From NCBI RefSeq assembly GCF_006345805.1, contig NC_042997.1, forward strand, positions 23,498,001-23,562,000: a DNA stretch of 64,000 nt. Reading direction: 5' to 3'. Source of the stretch: Octopus sinensis (taxonomy: Eukaryota). Positions within the stretch are counted from its first letter, which is position 1. Each line of letters opens with the position of its first letter. Of this stretch, positions 1 through 11,550 are shown piece after piece. A program made the position numbers and the translations under genes. Below the pieces are notes generated by a model that saw only the letters and a list, made by a program, of their open reading frames with translations, had not been told where the DNA came from and searched no databases.

Positions 1-392
1 TTTCGGATTAGGAAGATCACATACGTTCATTTTTTTACTCTCCTCATCCCACCTGCGGACCAATTTTGGCCCTTAAAAAGTAGGGGTAAAAAAAAAAGTC
101 AACATTTTCAGAGGAAAAAGTGTGATCTAGGAGATTTGGCTGCTGTTTCTTGCATAACCCAGAACAACCTTCTCGTTTCCTTCTCACTCTCGCATATATT
201 GATGTTTTTCAATATTTTTCTCCCCATAAACACATGCTATAGAAAAAAAATTGATAAATTTATGATTTTTTTTATCAACCCCTAATTGTTTCTGTTTATA
301 ATTTAAAATATTGGAGAGCTTGAGGTTATTTTTTGTATTTATCAACAGTGATTTTTAAAAAATAGGTACAGCATACATTTCTGTTAGAAAAT

Positions 393-1237
393 GTTTCGTC
401 GATGATTTCCGTAAAAAAACTTTTATTTTTTTACATATGGGTTTGCGGGAACATTTGAAGTAATGAGAGCGAAAGAGACTAAGAGGAAGCGATTTTATGA
501 CGAGGGAATTTGTTTTGAAGTCCCCGAAGCATTGATGTACATGTGTGTGTGTGTTTGATGGGGTGTGGGAGACAGACAGTATGTTGTGTAAGTGAAGTGC
601 TTCTGTTAGTGTGTGTGAAGAGACAGAGTAATGTGTGAAAGAGAGAGATAACTGAAATTTTTTACTCGGTGTATGTGTATATGTATGTCTGCATGTATGT
701 GTGTGTGTATGTATCTATGTATGTGTGTGTGTATGTATCTATGTATGTGTGTGTGTATGTATGTATGTATGGCCGATTCAGTGTACACTGAATCGGCCAT
801 ACATACACACATACACCGAGTAAATAATTACACTGAATCGGCCATACATACATACATACATACACACACACATACATAGATACATACACACACACATACA
901 TAGATACATACACACACACACATACATAGATACATACATACATATACACATACACCGAGTAAAAAATTTCAGTTATCTCTTTCTTTCACACATTACTCTG
1001 TCTCTTCACACACACTAACAGAAGCACTTCACTTACACAACATACTGTCTGTCTCCCACACCCCATCAAACACACACACACACACACATGTACATCAATG
1101 CTTCGGGGACTTCAAAACAAATTCCCTCGTCATAAAATCGCTTCCTCTTAGTCTCTTTCGCTCTCATTACTTCAAATGCTTCCGCAAACCCATATGTAAA
1201 AAAATAAAAGTTTTTTACGGAAATCATCGACGGAAAC
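393..1237. repeat. About 845 bp foldback (long inverted repeat) with internal microsatellite arms
   Basis: 393-784 is the near-perfect reverse complement of about 830-1237; a central palindrome ggccgattcagtgtacactgaatcggcc lies at 771-798. Confidence 0.9.
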
Positions 1238-1239
1238 GT

Positions 1240-1654
1240 GCTACTACAAACGAAAGATCGCCGGAAACATCCAGGACTACATTACCTCGTCCTCTTCGTT
1301 TTTTTTTTTAGATAGTGGTGTGTGTTTTCGGTCTGATTTAGCTGCTATTTCTAGCAGTTGAACTCGTTTGGATTGGTACGCGCTTACACATGTGTTTGCG
1401 CCAGCCGCAGTCCAATGAAATCTAACTACTAAGTCCCATTTGCGCTTTTTGTTTTCTATCAACCATGTCATCTCTTTCACGTCAAATGTCAACAAATCAG
1501 CATATATGATTATCCTTCTCTCTTCCTATTGTATTAATCTAAACATTTTCCCTCGCCAGTAGCAATTAGCGCTTTAAACGAAGCGTTAAACCTGATTAAT
1601 CTGTAGTCTACACACCGGCCCCCACCTTTACAGTCTAGAAGCGGAGGAGTAAGT
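1240..1654 (+). promoter_or_regulatory. Candidate promoter / non-coding first exon
   Basis: Local CpG enrichment, actacaa, ccggaaac and ggactaca motifs, and a consensus GTAAGT donor at 1649-1654; no transcript evidence. Confidence 0.3.
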
Positions 1655-2666
1655 CAGGAGATAAACAAAAACTTAATTCATAAGTAATAATTTAGTTAAG
1701 ATAGGATGCGGTTAATTGATTAAATTCCAGGGTTTGGCTGATGCTTTGTTTTTATCAACCCATCAGAATAAAATAGCGCTTAATTCTCTGCCGATTTCTC
1801 CATTACTACTCCCCTAGCGAGACAATTGTTTTGCATGTGTCTGTTTAAGAACTGCTGATGTAAAGGTGTGTGTGTGTGAGTGAAGGGAGTTGAAACATTT
1901 ACAATGTAAAGTTAAACGCTCAATGAAATTGAAAGTGTATTATTGATGTTTTGTGCTTAAGCTCTTCTTCAGTAATATAGGTGAAAGGAAGAAAAAAATA
2001 GGAGTAATGAATGTATGTGTATGTATGCGTGTGTATGTATGTATGTATCAATGCAGCACTTGACTCCCTACTGATTACTCCATTATCATTATCATTACAA
2101 GACAAATAATTGTTGTTACATAAACATAGAAATTAAGGTTTTTAAAGAATGCAAATTAGAAAGCTGTAAAGTTATATCATAAACATGTTTTCCACTCTGT
2201 GTTAAAAGTTCGGTTAGCAACTATGCAGTAGACCTTATAGCTCTAAAACATCAACAATAAAAAAAATAAAAGGTACAAAATTCATCCCGAGGCCTTTATA
2301 AACTTACAAATATTTATTTTTTTAAGAGATATAATCAACTTGTGTTACTAACCAGGCTGCATAAGTGACAAATTTTGATACCTTAAGAATGAGTGAAAAG
2401 GGACAATAGCAACTCTTGTGTTCTTAGGTTGTTAAAATAATCCTTCCATGATGTAATTACATAAAATGAAGACTAGAACATCAGAATTATAATAGGTAAA
2501 TCATTCTTTGTCACTTATTCAGTCTAAAGCCTCATGGTAAACAATATTTTGGAGTATTTCCTTGTGATACTATGATGAAAAGACCATCAATTTCCAACTT
2601 TAGAAGTATGTAAATGAAGATGATCATGTGAAAAGATAAGGCAGTTTATCCACTAGGTTCAGCCCA

Positions 2667-3215
2667 ATCATCATCATCATCATCATCGTTTAACGTCCGT
2701 TCTCCATGCTAGCATGGGTCGGACGGTTCGACCGGGGATCTGGGAAGCCAGAAGGCTGCCCCAGGCTCCGGTCTTATCTGGCAATGTTTCTACAGCTGGA
2801 TGCCCTTCCTAACGCCAACCATTCCGTGAGTGTAGTGGGTGCTTTTTACGTGCCACCTGCACAGGTGCCAGGCGAGGCTGTCATCGGCTACGATTGGATT
2901 GGTGCATTTTACGTGCCACCTGCACGGAAGCCAGTCGAGGCGGCACTGGCTTCGGCCATGATTTGGATGGTGCTTTTTACGTGCCACCGACACGGAAGCC
3001 AGTCGAGGCGGCGCTGGCATCGGCCACGATTCGGATAGTGCTTTTTACGTATCTCCAGTCCAGGGGTCCTGGCATCTGCCAGGTGCCAGTCATAGGATTG
3101 GTTCAATTTCGATTTCAATTTCACTTGCCCCAACAGGTCTTCGCAAGCAAAGTGGGGTAGGCATAGGTGCCTGTCGTCGGATGAGGTTCGATATCGACTT
3201 TGCTTGCCTCAACAG
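2667..3215 (-). mobile_element. 5'-truncated RTE-type LINE 3' UTR copy with hairpin-unit array and (ATG)n tail
   Basis: catcatcatcgtttaacgtcc tail and repeated ggtgctttttacgtgccacc units; matches the 3' UTR attached to RT sequence at 9835-11457. Confidence 0.85.
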
Positions 3216-3719
3216 CCCAATGGCTTTTAATATTTTCCCTTGAGATGTACTGACAGTCATGGTGAAGCTGAGTCTGGCAGGAAATTGAGGCTTTTAAATT
3301 CGAAAGGCAAATCAGTTGACTTCAGAGGTATTTTGGAAATAAGTAGTTTTAATCTGGAAATTAAACAATTTTTATCCAGCAAGTTTTCCTGATATGACTA
3401 TCACATCCAAGACACGGGGCATTGTATTGTATCCCATACTAAAGTTTTAGAAAATCTAAGTTGTGGTTTGCTACAGATTTGGTTGCTTTTCCTATCAGCT
3501 CCCTTATTCATTCATACATACATATACACACAATGCTGTCTTAAGGCATGGACACACTGGGATGTTGCACACGGGCCTCATAGGTCTTGGAGCCCAATTT
3601 TTATCTATGAATGCTGTAGTTTGCTGTCAATAGATGTATCTTATAGGGCCCAGAGCTTCTAATGCTGTTAAGAGGCTCTGTAGAGATACATATGTATACA
3701 TTTGTGTGTTCATCCGTTC

Positions 3720-3941
3720 GTGGCCGTTTGCCAGCTCCGTCTGGCACCTGTGCTGGTGGCATGTAAAAAGCACCCACTACACTCACGGAGTGGTTGGCGT
3801 TAGGAAGGGCATCCAGCCGTAGAAACACTGCCAGATCAGACTGGGCCTGATGCAGCCTTCTGGCTTCACAGACCCCCAGTTGAACTGTCCAACCCATGCT
3901 AGCATGGAAAGCGGATGCTAAATGATGATGATGATGATGAT
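3720..3941 (+). mobile_element. RTE-type LINE 3' end fragment with (ATG)n tail
   Basis: ggcgttaggaagggcatccagc...catgctagcatggaaagcgga...atgatgatg. Confidence 0.85.
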
Positions 3942-3951
3942 ATACATGTAT

Positions 3952-4042
<91 letters not shown>

Positions 4043-4072
4043 CACAAGTGTGTGTATGTATATATATGTATG

Positions 4073-4098
<26 letters not shown>
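3942..4098. repeat. (TA)n/(TG)n microsatellite
   Basis: Direct inspection; source of several spurious YI/YT-rich ORFs. Confidence 0.95.
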
Positions 4099-4103
<5 letters not shown>

Positions 4104-4104
4104 G

Positions 4105-4370
4105 CATGCCATCAGTTTTGACGATGAGTGCTCAAGTTAATCTGATCAATGGAACAGCCTGCTCATGAAATTAATGTGCAAGTGGCTGAGTGCCCCATAG
4201 ACACATGTACCCTAATGTAGTTCTCTGAGAGATTCAGTGTGAAACAGAATGTGACAAGGCTGACCTTTTGAAAAACAGGCACTACACTCATTTTTGCCAG
4301 CTCATTGGGCTGGAGTAACATGAAATAAAGTCTTGTTCAAGGATACAATGCACTGATAGGAATGAAATTC
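4105..4370 (-). mobile_element. SINE-like repeat, same family as 44170-44470
   Basis: Reverse-complement similarity to 44170-44470 (aacagcctgctcatgaaattaa, tgtgacaaggctg, cagctc...tggagt). Confidence 0.65.
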
Positions 4371-4395
4371 ATGATCTTATGATAGTGAGCCAAAT

Positions 4396-4947
4396 TTATT
4401 ATTATTATTATTGTTCGACCGTGGTCGAGACAATGGAATTTACTATGTTACGCCAGACTTCACGGTCCATCATAGCATTACGGAGGTCCTGTTGCTGGAT
4501 GCCTGTATCCCTGGAGATTACATCAGGGTAGGAGAGTGTGCGCCCTCTGGTATTGCGAGTAGATGGCTTCCAGAGGAGAAGAGTAGAAATTACTTCTTTT
4601 TCAGCTCTGCAACAATGTCCAGCAAACTGGACTCTCCTACCTTTCACAAGAGATGACACGGGTGGTAGTTTCCCATATATTTGCATTTTGGTTGGATGGC
4701 GCGTCCACGAGAGATTTTGAGCTCTCATAAGGACGCAAGTGTAGGTTCCATCCAACCGCCTCTCAAGCTTCTTTGATAACGTCCAGGTTTCTGAGCCATA
4801 TAGTAGAATTGGTTCGACTGTGGCTTTGAATATTTCAAGTTTGAAGTCTCTACTTAGATTTGATGACCAGATCTTATGCATGTCATTACAGGCTGACCAG
4901 GCCATACCCTTTCTAGTTAGAAAGTCTTTTCCAGATGATGATATGTA
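4396..4947 (-). mobile_element. 5'-truncated LINE (RTE/RTE-X-like) reverse transcriptase C-terminus with (TAA)n tail and 10 bp target site duplication
   Basis: ORF 4408-5007 reads GSYISSSGKDF...VEPILLYGSETWTLSKKLERRLDGTYT...QFAGHC...DREVWR; tail at 4396-4411; direct repeat tgagccaaat at 4386-4395 and 4948-4957. Confidence 0.9.
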
Positions 4948-5725
4948 TGAGCCAAATACCTTAATTACTAAATTAAGTGTTATTAGCATATACATACATG
5001 AATACATGAAACAGCAGGGTGTACTTTTAGGGAGATGTAGCTGCTATTTCTACAAAGTCTACCTACCAAATAGAAATGTTCCCCATTGGTATATGTACAT
5101 AAGGCAGTAGGATGACCTGAGGGAGATTTGGTTGTTGTTAGGTTTAGTTTGCTCATTCATGTGCACATAAGATAGTGGGATGCAGTTTAAGGGAGATTTG
5201 GCTGTTATGTCTCTCTTATCTACCAATCTTATAAAAGTTCTCTCGGCTCATACATAAGATTGTAGGATGTAATAAAGTGATGGTTTAAATAATGTTTCTT
5301 TGCAGGTCAAGTTACTATATTGAATTTCTTCTTTGCTAAGTTCATACATATATTTATATATGCCTGAAATACTATTGTATTATTGCAGGGAAATTTGCTT
5401 GCTATTTCTATCAGATCTCATTCCTCTATACACATCACACTGTAGGGTATGATTTTAAGGAGATTTGGCTGTTATATCTCTTAGGTCTAGATGCTATGTC
5501 GCAGCTACTTTATTGGCTTGGACACATATAAAACAGCTGGGTGTGAATTAGTGGGAAGATGTGACTTCTGTTCCTATTAAGTGTAGTTACATATGTAGAG
5601 GTCTCCTATGTAGAATAATATGTATAACCATGTGTAAGAGAATATTTGTGCTTTGAGACAGATTTTGGCTAATGTTTCAGAATGCCATGTTGAGGAATTT
5701 TCATTTTTGTACCCCACTTCCTAGT

Positions 5726-6066
5726 GAAGGCGCATGGCTCAGTGATTAGAGCGTCGAGCTTACGATCGTGAGGTTGTGAGCTCGAATCCCGGACCGGGCT
5801 GCGTGTTGTGTTCTTGAGCAAGGCACTTTATTTCACGTTGCTCCAGTTCACTCAGCTGTAGAAATGAGTTGCGACGTCACTGGTGCCAAGCTGTATCGAC
5901 CTTTGTCTTTCCCTTGGATAACACTGGTGGCGTGGAGAGGGGAGGCTGGTATGAATGGGCGACTGCTGGTCTTCCATAAACAACCTTGCCCGGACTTGTG
6001 TCTAGGAGGGTAACTTTCTAGGTGCAATCCCATGGTCATTCATGACCGAAGGGGGTCTTTACCCTT
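5726..6066 (+). mobile_element. tRNA-derived SINE
   Basis: A-box tggctcagtgattag and B-box-like gctcgaatcc, followed by a central ttgagcaaggcactt...cactcagctgtagaaatgagt domain; no tRNA acceptor stem. Confidence 0.8.
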
Positions 6067-6660
6067 TTTTTTACCCCACTCCCTTTTACTATCAATATAT
6101 ATGTAATGCTTCACCAGTATATAAGGCATTGTGGCATTGTATATATTGCTAAGGAAAGTGTTTTTCTTTTTGCATATGTATATACAATGAAGTTCCAAAG
6201 ATGGAAGTTTAATAACTGTTTTAAAAATAATCTCCCATAAGAAATAATGATGTGTAAACAAACCACTGTCATTGCTTTCTTCAGTTATATTTCTCTACAT
6301 GTGTGATTGTCATTTCCTCTAATCCAATATGCTAGCTAGAGAGAGGAAATTATTAAAAAGACTGAAAGAGAAAGTAAAACATACTTATGGAAGGATTTTC
6401 CATTAGTTCACAGTACATCTTGTTTTCAACTTTATGCATGCATATTACTTTTTGCTATTACAACTTAATTTCAACTTTCATCTTTCTCCATCTCTTTTCT
6501 TAGGAAGATTTGGGTCTTATTTCTCAAAATAAATATTATACAAATCTATCCTATGAAATAATGGATAATAATATATATGGTTTTGTGGGTGTTCATTTGT
6601 TTGGTAGTTTCTGAATATAAGGTGGACATACAACCAGTTCACACAATATGTGTATATATA

Positions 6661-6882
6661 TATTACTCTTTACTCTTTTACTTGTTTCAGTCATTTGACT
6701 GCGGCCATGCTGGAGCACCGCCTTTAATCGAGCAACTCGACCCCGGGACTTGTTCTTTTGTAAGCCCAGTACTTATTCTATTGGTCTCTTTTGCCGAACC
6801 GCTAAGTAACGGGGACATAAACACACCAGCATCAGTTGTCAAGCAATGCTAGGGGGACAAACACAGACACACAAACACATAC

Positions 6883-6927
<45 letters not shown>

Positions 6928-7090
6928 ATATACGACAGGCTTCTTTCAGTTTCCGTCTACCAAATCCACTCACAAGGCTTTGGTCGGCCCGAAGCTATAG
7001 TAGAAGACACTTGCCCAAGGTGCGACGCAGTGGGACTGAACCCGGAACCATGTGGTCGGTAAACAAGCTACTTACCACACAGCCACTCCT
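6661..7090 (-). mobile_element. tRNA-derived SINE (second family) with internal (TA)n
   Basis: Reverse complement of the 26177-26572 family; head gagtggctgtgtggtaagtagc...ggttccgggttcagtccc. Confidence 0.85.
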
Positions 7091-7153
7091 GCGCCTATAT
7101 AGATATATATGTAAAAAAAATCATTATTTAATAATAAGTATGCAAATATTCAT

Positions 7154-7193
<40 letters not shown>

Positions 7194-7208
7194 TAGAGGT
7201 ATATTTAT

Positions 7209-7785
7209 ATTAGCAGCTAAGCCCGGTTTCACCCAGTTGGTTTGGATGATGTGACTGTAAAACCTGCTCTCTGTAAGCATTCAACTTGTTTGGGCACGCT
7301 TACATTAAAAAACAATTTTAGAATGATTCTTTTCTGTGAAAACGCTAAAAATAACTAACCAACAAAAAAAAAAACAACCAAGATTCAACCAAATCAAAAA
7401 ATAAACCCAAATACTATGCACACACATTCACATACTCCCCCCTATTACATATACACACACATATTCACTCAGAGTTGAAACACTGTTTGATTTATTTTTT
7501 CAGCGTACAATTTTCATCATCCCACTGCCAAGTATGACATCACCCCTTCCTTCCTTATTCATCTATCACCCCTTCCTTTCTCATTCATGAACACAAGAGT
7601 ATTATTATAGTAGATTATCTCAGTAACCCTGGGAGCTATGAAAAAAATACAAAGCCCAGCATCACCACTGGATCATTCTATACATTACACATCTGTGTAA
7701 TTTTTCGTGCAATTCCACCCAGTCGTTTGACCATGAATCCCAAGACAAGAAAGAATCGCCCATGTCAAATTTATATGTGTTTGTG
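7209..7785 (+). mobile_element. Probable Helentron/DINE-1-like non-autonomous element
   Basis: Begins attagcagctaagcccgg, like the actagcagcatagcccgg start of 58719; ends cccatgtcaaatttatat. Confidence 0.4.
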
Positions 7786-8034
7786 TGTATATATATATGT
7801 GTGTGTGTGTGTGTTGATTACTTTCCCTCGTTTCTTCTTGCATTGTCTACTACTTCTCTACGCCCACAATTTATTAAAAATGATGATTCAACTCCTCCTG
7901 TTTCAACTATTTTGTCTATTTGGAAGGAACACTTGAGATATGAATTATGCCACATTGACATTTTCTATAGATTGCTATTTACATCAGTGGATACCTGTTA
8001 TTCTTTATATTATATATGTATGTCTTATATATAT

Positions 8035-8773
8035 ATATTGCTGTGCGTGAGAAGACCAGGCAGGACAAGTGAGTCCAGCCCACTTATGCATGCCTTTCCC
8101 CCTTGGACACACAAAGACCTGTTGAGGCAAGCAAAGTCGATATCGAACCTCATCCGACGACAGGCACCTATGGCAACCCCCCTTGCTTGCGAAGACCTGT
8201 TGGGGCAAGTGAAATCAAAATCGAAATTGAACCAATCCTATGACTAGCACCTGGCAGATGCCAGGGTCCTGGGACTGGAGGTACGTAAAAAGCACTATCC
8301 GAATTGTGGCCGATGCCAGCGCTGCCTCGACGGGCTTCCGTGTCGGTGGCACGTGAAAAGCACCATCCGAATCGTAGCCGAAGCCAGTGCCGCCTCGACT
8401 GGCTTCCATAAAATGCACCATCCAAATTGTGGCCAATGCCAGCGCCGCCTCGACTGGCTTCCGTGTCGGTGGCACGTAAAAAGCACCATCCGAATCGTAG
8501 CTGAAGCCAGTGCCGCCTTGACTGGCTTCCATAAAATGCACCAATCCGTCCGTGGCCGATGCCAGCCTCGCCTGGCACCAGTGCAGGTGGTACGTAAAAA
8601 GCACCCACTACACTCACGGAGTGGTTGGCGTTAGGAAGGGCATCCAGCTGTAGAAACTTTGCCAGATAAGACCAGAGCTTGGTGCAGCCTTCTGGCTTCC
8701 CAGATCCCCGGTCGAACTGTCCAACCCATGCTAGCATGGAGAACGGACGTTAAACGATGATGATGATGATGAT
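8035..8773 (+). mobile_element. 5'-truncated RTE-type LINE: last ORF codons, 3' UTR hairpin array and (ATG)n tail
   Basis: Starts gctgtgcgtgagaagacc (AVREKT, compare AVLEKT in ORF 10424-11128); array at about 8277-8600. Confidence 0.88.
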
Positions 8774-9834
8774 AAGGACAACCTCAGGCCACTGAACCTT
8801 TCAGACAAGATAAAGGACTGAAATACCTGGTGCCTTGCTGCATTCAAAAAGACATGTACTCCACAGCAGAAGTGTTAAGGCCACTCCCTCTGGTGAAGAG
8901 GATTGATCTGCAAGAGTCCTGTGTCACATAAAAAGCACTAGCGCCAATGTCACATAAATGTGCTCTTGTGGTGCCATGTAAAAGCACCCAGTACACTGTA
9001 TGTGACTGGCATTAGGAAGGGCATCCAGTCATAAAAACCACGTCAAATCAGACTGGAGCCAGGTGCAGCTCTTCAAGATACCTGTTGTGGTCAAACCATC
9101 TTGTGCATCCCAGCATGGACAATGGACATTAAATGATGATGATGATATATAAATTGTATGGATATATATAACACAGAACAGATGTTAGAAAACTGATTAT
9201 AGCAGTGACTTCATCTAAGAATATCTGAAGAAGGAATATTATTCTGAAATATCATATCAGACTATGGATAACTAAATTACAACATATATAGCCCATTGTT
9301 TTTATTATAGTGCTTTGTTGTACCATTCAAAACTTTTTATTCTTTATATATATGTATGTGTATGTACATATATGTATATATGTATGTGTATGTATGTATA
9401 TGTATATATATATATATGTGTGTGTGTGTATATGTATATATATGTGTATGTATATATATATATGTGTATATATATTCCCTCTCTCTCTTTCGGAGAGGCA
9501 CTGAGCAGCTATACGCACACATACACACACGGCAGTAACTTCCACCTACCAAATTCAATCACAAAGCTCCGGTCGGCTCGGGGCTATAGTGGAAGACACC
9601 CACCCAAAGTGCCACGCAGTGGGACTGAACCTGAAACCATGTAGCTAGGAAGCAAGCTCCCTAACCACACAGCCATGCTCATGTGTATATATATATGTAT
9701 GTGTATATATATGTATGTATATATATGTGTATGTATATGTATGTGTATATATATGTATGTGTATATATGTGTATGTATATGTATATATATATATATATAC
9801 ACATATATCTGTATATATATGTGTATATATATGT

Positions 9835-11457
9835 ATCATCATCATCATCATCGTTTAACATCCGCTTTCCATGCTAGCATGGGTTGGATGACTTGACTGA
9901 GGGCTGGTGAACCAGATGGCTGCACCAGGCTCCAATCTTGATCTGGCAGAGTTTCTACAGCTGGATGCCCTTCCTAATGCCAACCACTTTGAGAGTGTAG
10001 TGGGTGCTTCTATGTGCCACCAGCACGGGGACCAGTCAGGCGGTACTGGCAACGACCTCATTCGAATCTTTTTACACATGTCACTGGCACAGGTGCCAGT
10101 AAGGCGATGCTGGTGACAATCATGCTCGAATGGTGCCTTTTACTTGCCACCGGCACAGAAGCCAGTTAGCCACTCTGGCAACGATCAAGCTCGGATGGAG
10201 CTCATAGCACCCTACTAGCACGGGGCTCGAGTGCCAGTAAGGCGATGCTGGTAATGATCACACTTGAATGGTGCCTTTTATGTGCCACTGGCACAGAAGC
10301 TGGTTAGCCACTCTGTCAACAATCACACTCGTATGGTATTCTTTGCACTCCGCTAGCACAGGATGCCAGTCATTGAATTTGATTTTAATTTCACTTGCCT
10401 TAACAGGTCTTCGCAAGCTGAGTTTAGTGTCCAAAGAAGGAAAAGGTACACATAAGTGGGCTGGTTATGCCCCTGACATAGGCCACGAGGTTATGGTCCC
10501 ATTTGGCTTGCTGGGTCTTCTCGAGCACGGCATATTTCCAAAAGTCTCGGTCACTGGTCATTTCCTTGGTGAGACCTAAAGTTCGAAGGTCATGCTTCAC
10601 CACTTCATCCCAGGTCCTCCTGGGTCTACCTCTTCCACAGGTTCCCTCAACCGCTAGGGTGTGGCACTTTTTCACACAGCTATCCTCATCCTTTCTCATC
10701 ACATGGCCATACCAGCACAGTCGTCTCTCTTGCACACCGCATCTGATGCTTCTTAGATCCAACTTTTCTCTCATGGTACTTACACTCTGTTGAGTATGCA
10801 CACTGACATTACACATCCAGTGGATCATACTGGCTTCATTCCTTGCGAGCTTACGCATGTCCTCAGCAGTCACAGCCCATGTTTCACTGCCATGTAGCAT
10901 GGCTGTTCGTACACATGCATCATACAGTCTACCTTTTACTCTGAGCAAGAGGCCCTTTGTCACCAGCAAAAGTAAGAGCTCTCTGAACTTTGCCCAAGCT
11001 ATTCTTATTCTAGCAGCTACACTTTCAGTGCACCCTACCCCGCTACTGACTTGGTCACCTAGGTAACAGAAGCTATCAACTACTTCTGGTTTTTCTCCCT
11101 GGAATGTGGCAGAAGTTCCTCTCTGCACATTTTCAGTGTTTATTGCTCCCGAGAATCTGTCAAATACAAAATCTCTCTTCCCAGTTAGCCTTCCTTTGAT
11201 ATTACTGCACCTCTTATGTGTCCATAGCTTACACTGGGTACATTTTATAGAGTTTCTACCTACGCCTCTACTACAGATCGAGCAGGGTTATCTACCTGAA
11301 GGGATTTGTGTTTTGCCTGCCTTCCTACTTATTAGGACTTTGGTTTTAGCTAGGTTGACTCTAAGGCCCTTCGATTCTAATCCTTGTTTCCACACTTGAA
11401 ACTTCTCCTCTAGTTCTGATAGTGACTGAGCAATTAGAGCAAGGTCATCAGCATAGA
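9835..11457 (-). mobile_element. 5'-truncated RTE-clade LINE: RT C-terminal half plus complete 3' UTR
   Basis: YADDLALIA...GLRVNLAKTKV (11288-11548), FCYLGD...LHGSETW...WYGHVMR...GRGRPRRTWDEVV (10424-11128), then the repeat array and (ATG)n tail. Confidence 0.92.
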
Positions 11458-11550
11458 TGTATATATGTGTATATATATATACACACACATATATATATGT
11501 ATATATATGTGTGTATATATATGTATACAACCTATCTAATGTTAACATAT

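Noticed and set aside
606-955. ORFs rich in Y/I/H/T/C/V (also 3601-4140, 9310-9896, 42341-42657)
   Set aside because: Translations of (TA)n, (CA)n and (TACA)n microsatellites.
2706-3160. ORFs beginning MLAWVGRF / [10 protein letters not shown] (many copies)
   Set aside because: Antisense or off-frame readings of the RTE 3' UTR repeat; no coding features.
5726-5800. tRNA gene
   Set aside because: A and B boxes are present but there is no cloverleaf or acceptor stem, and it continues into a SINE body.
8277-8610. CRISPR-like repeat/spacer pattern (ggtggcacgtaaaaagcacc)
   Set aside because: Eukaryotic intron-rich context, no cas genes, the spacers are homologous to each other, and the array lies in a LINE 3' UTR.
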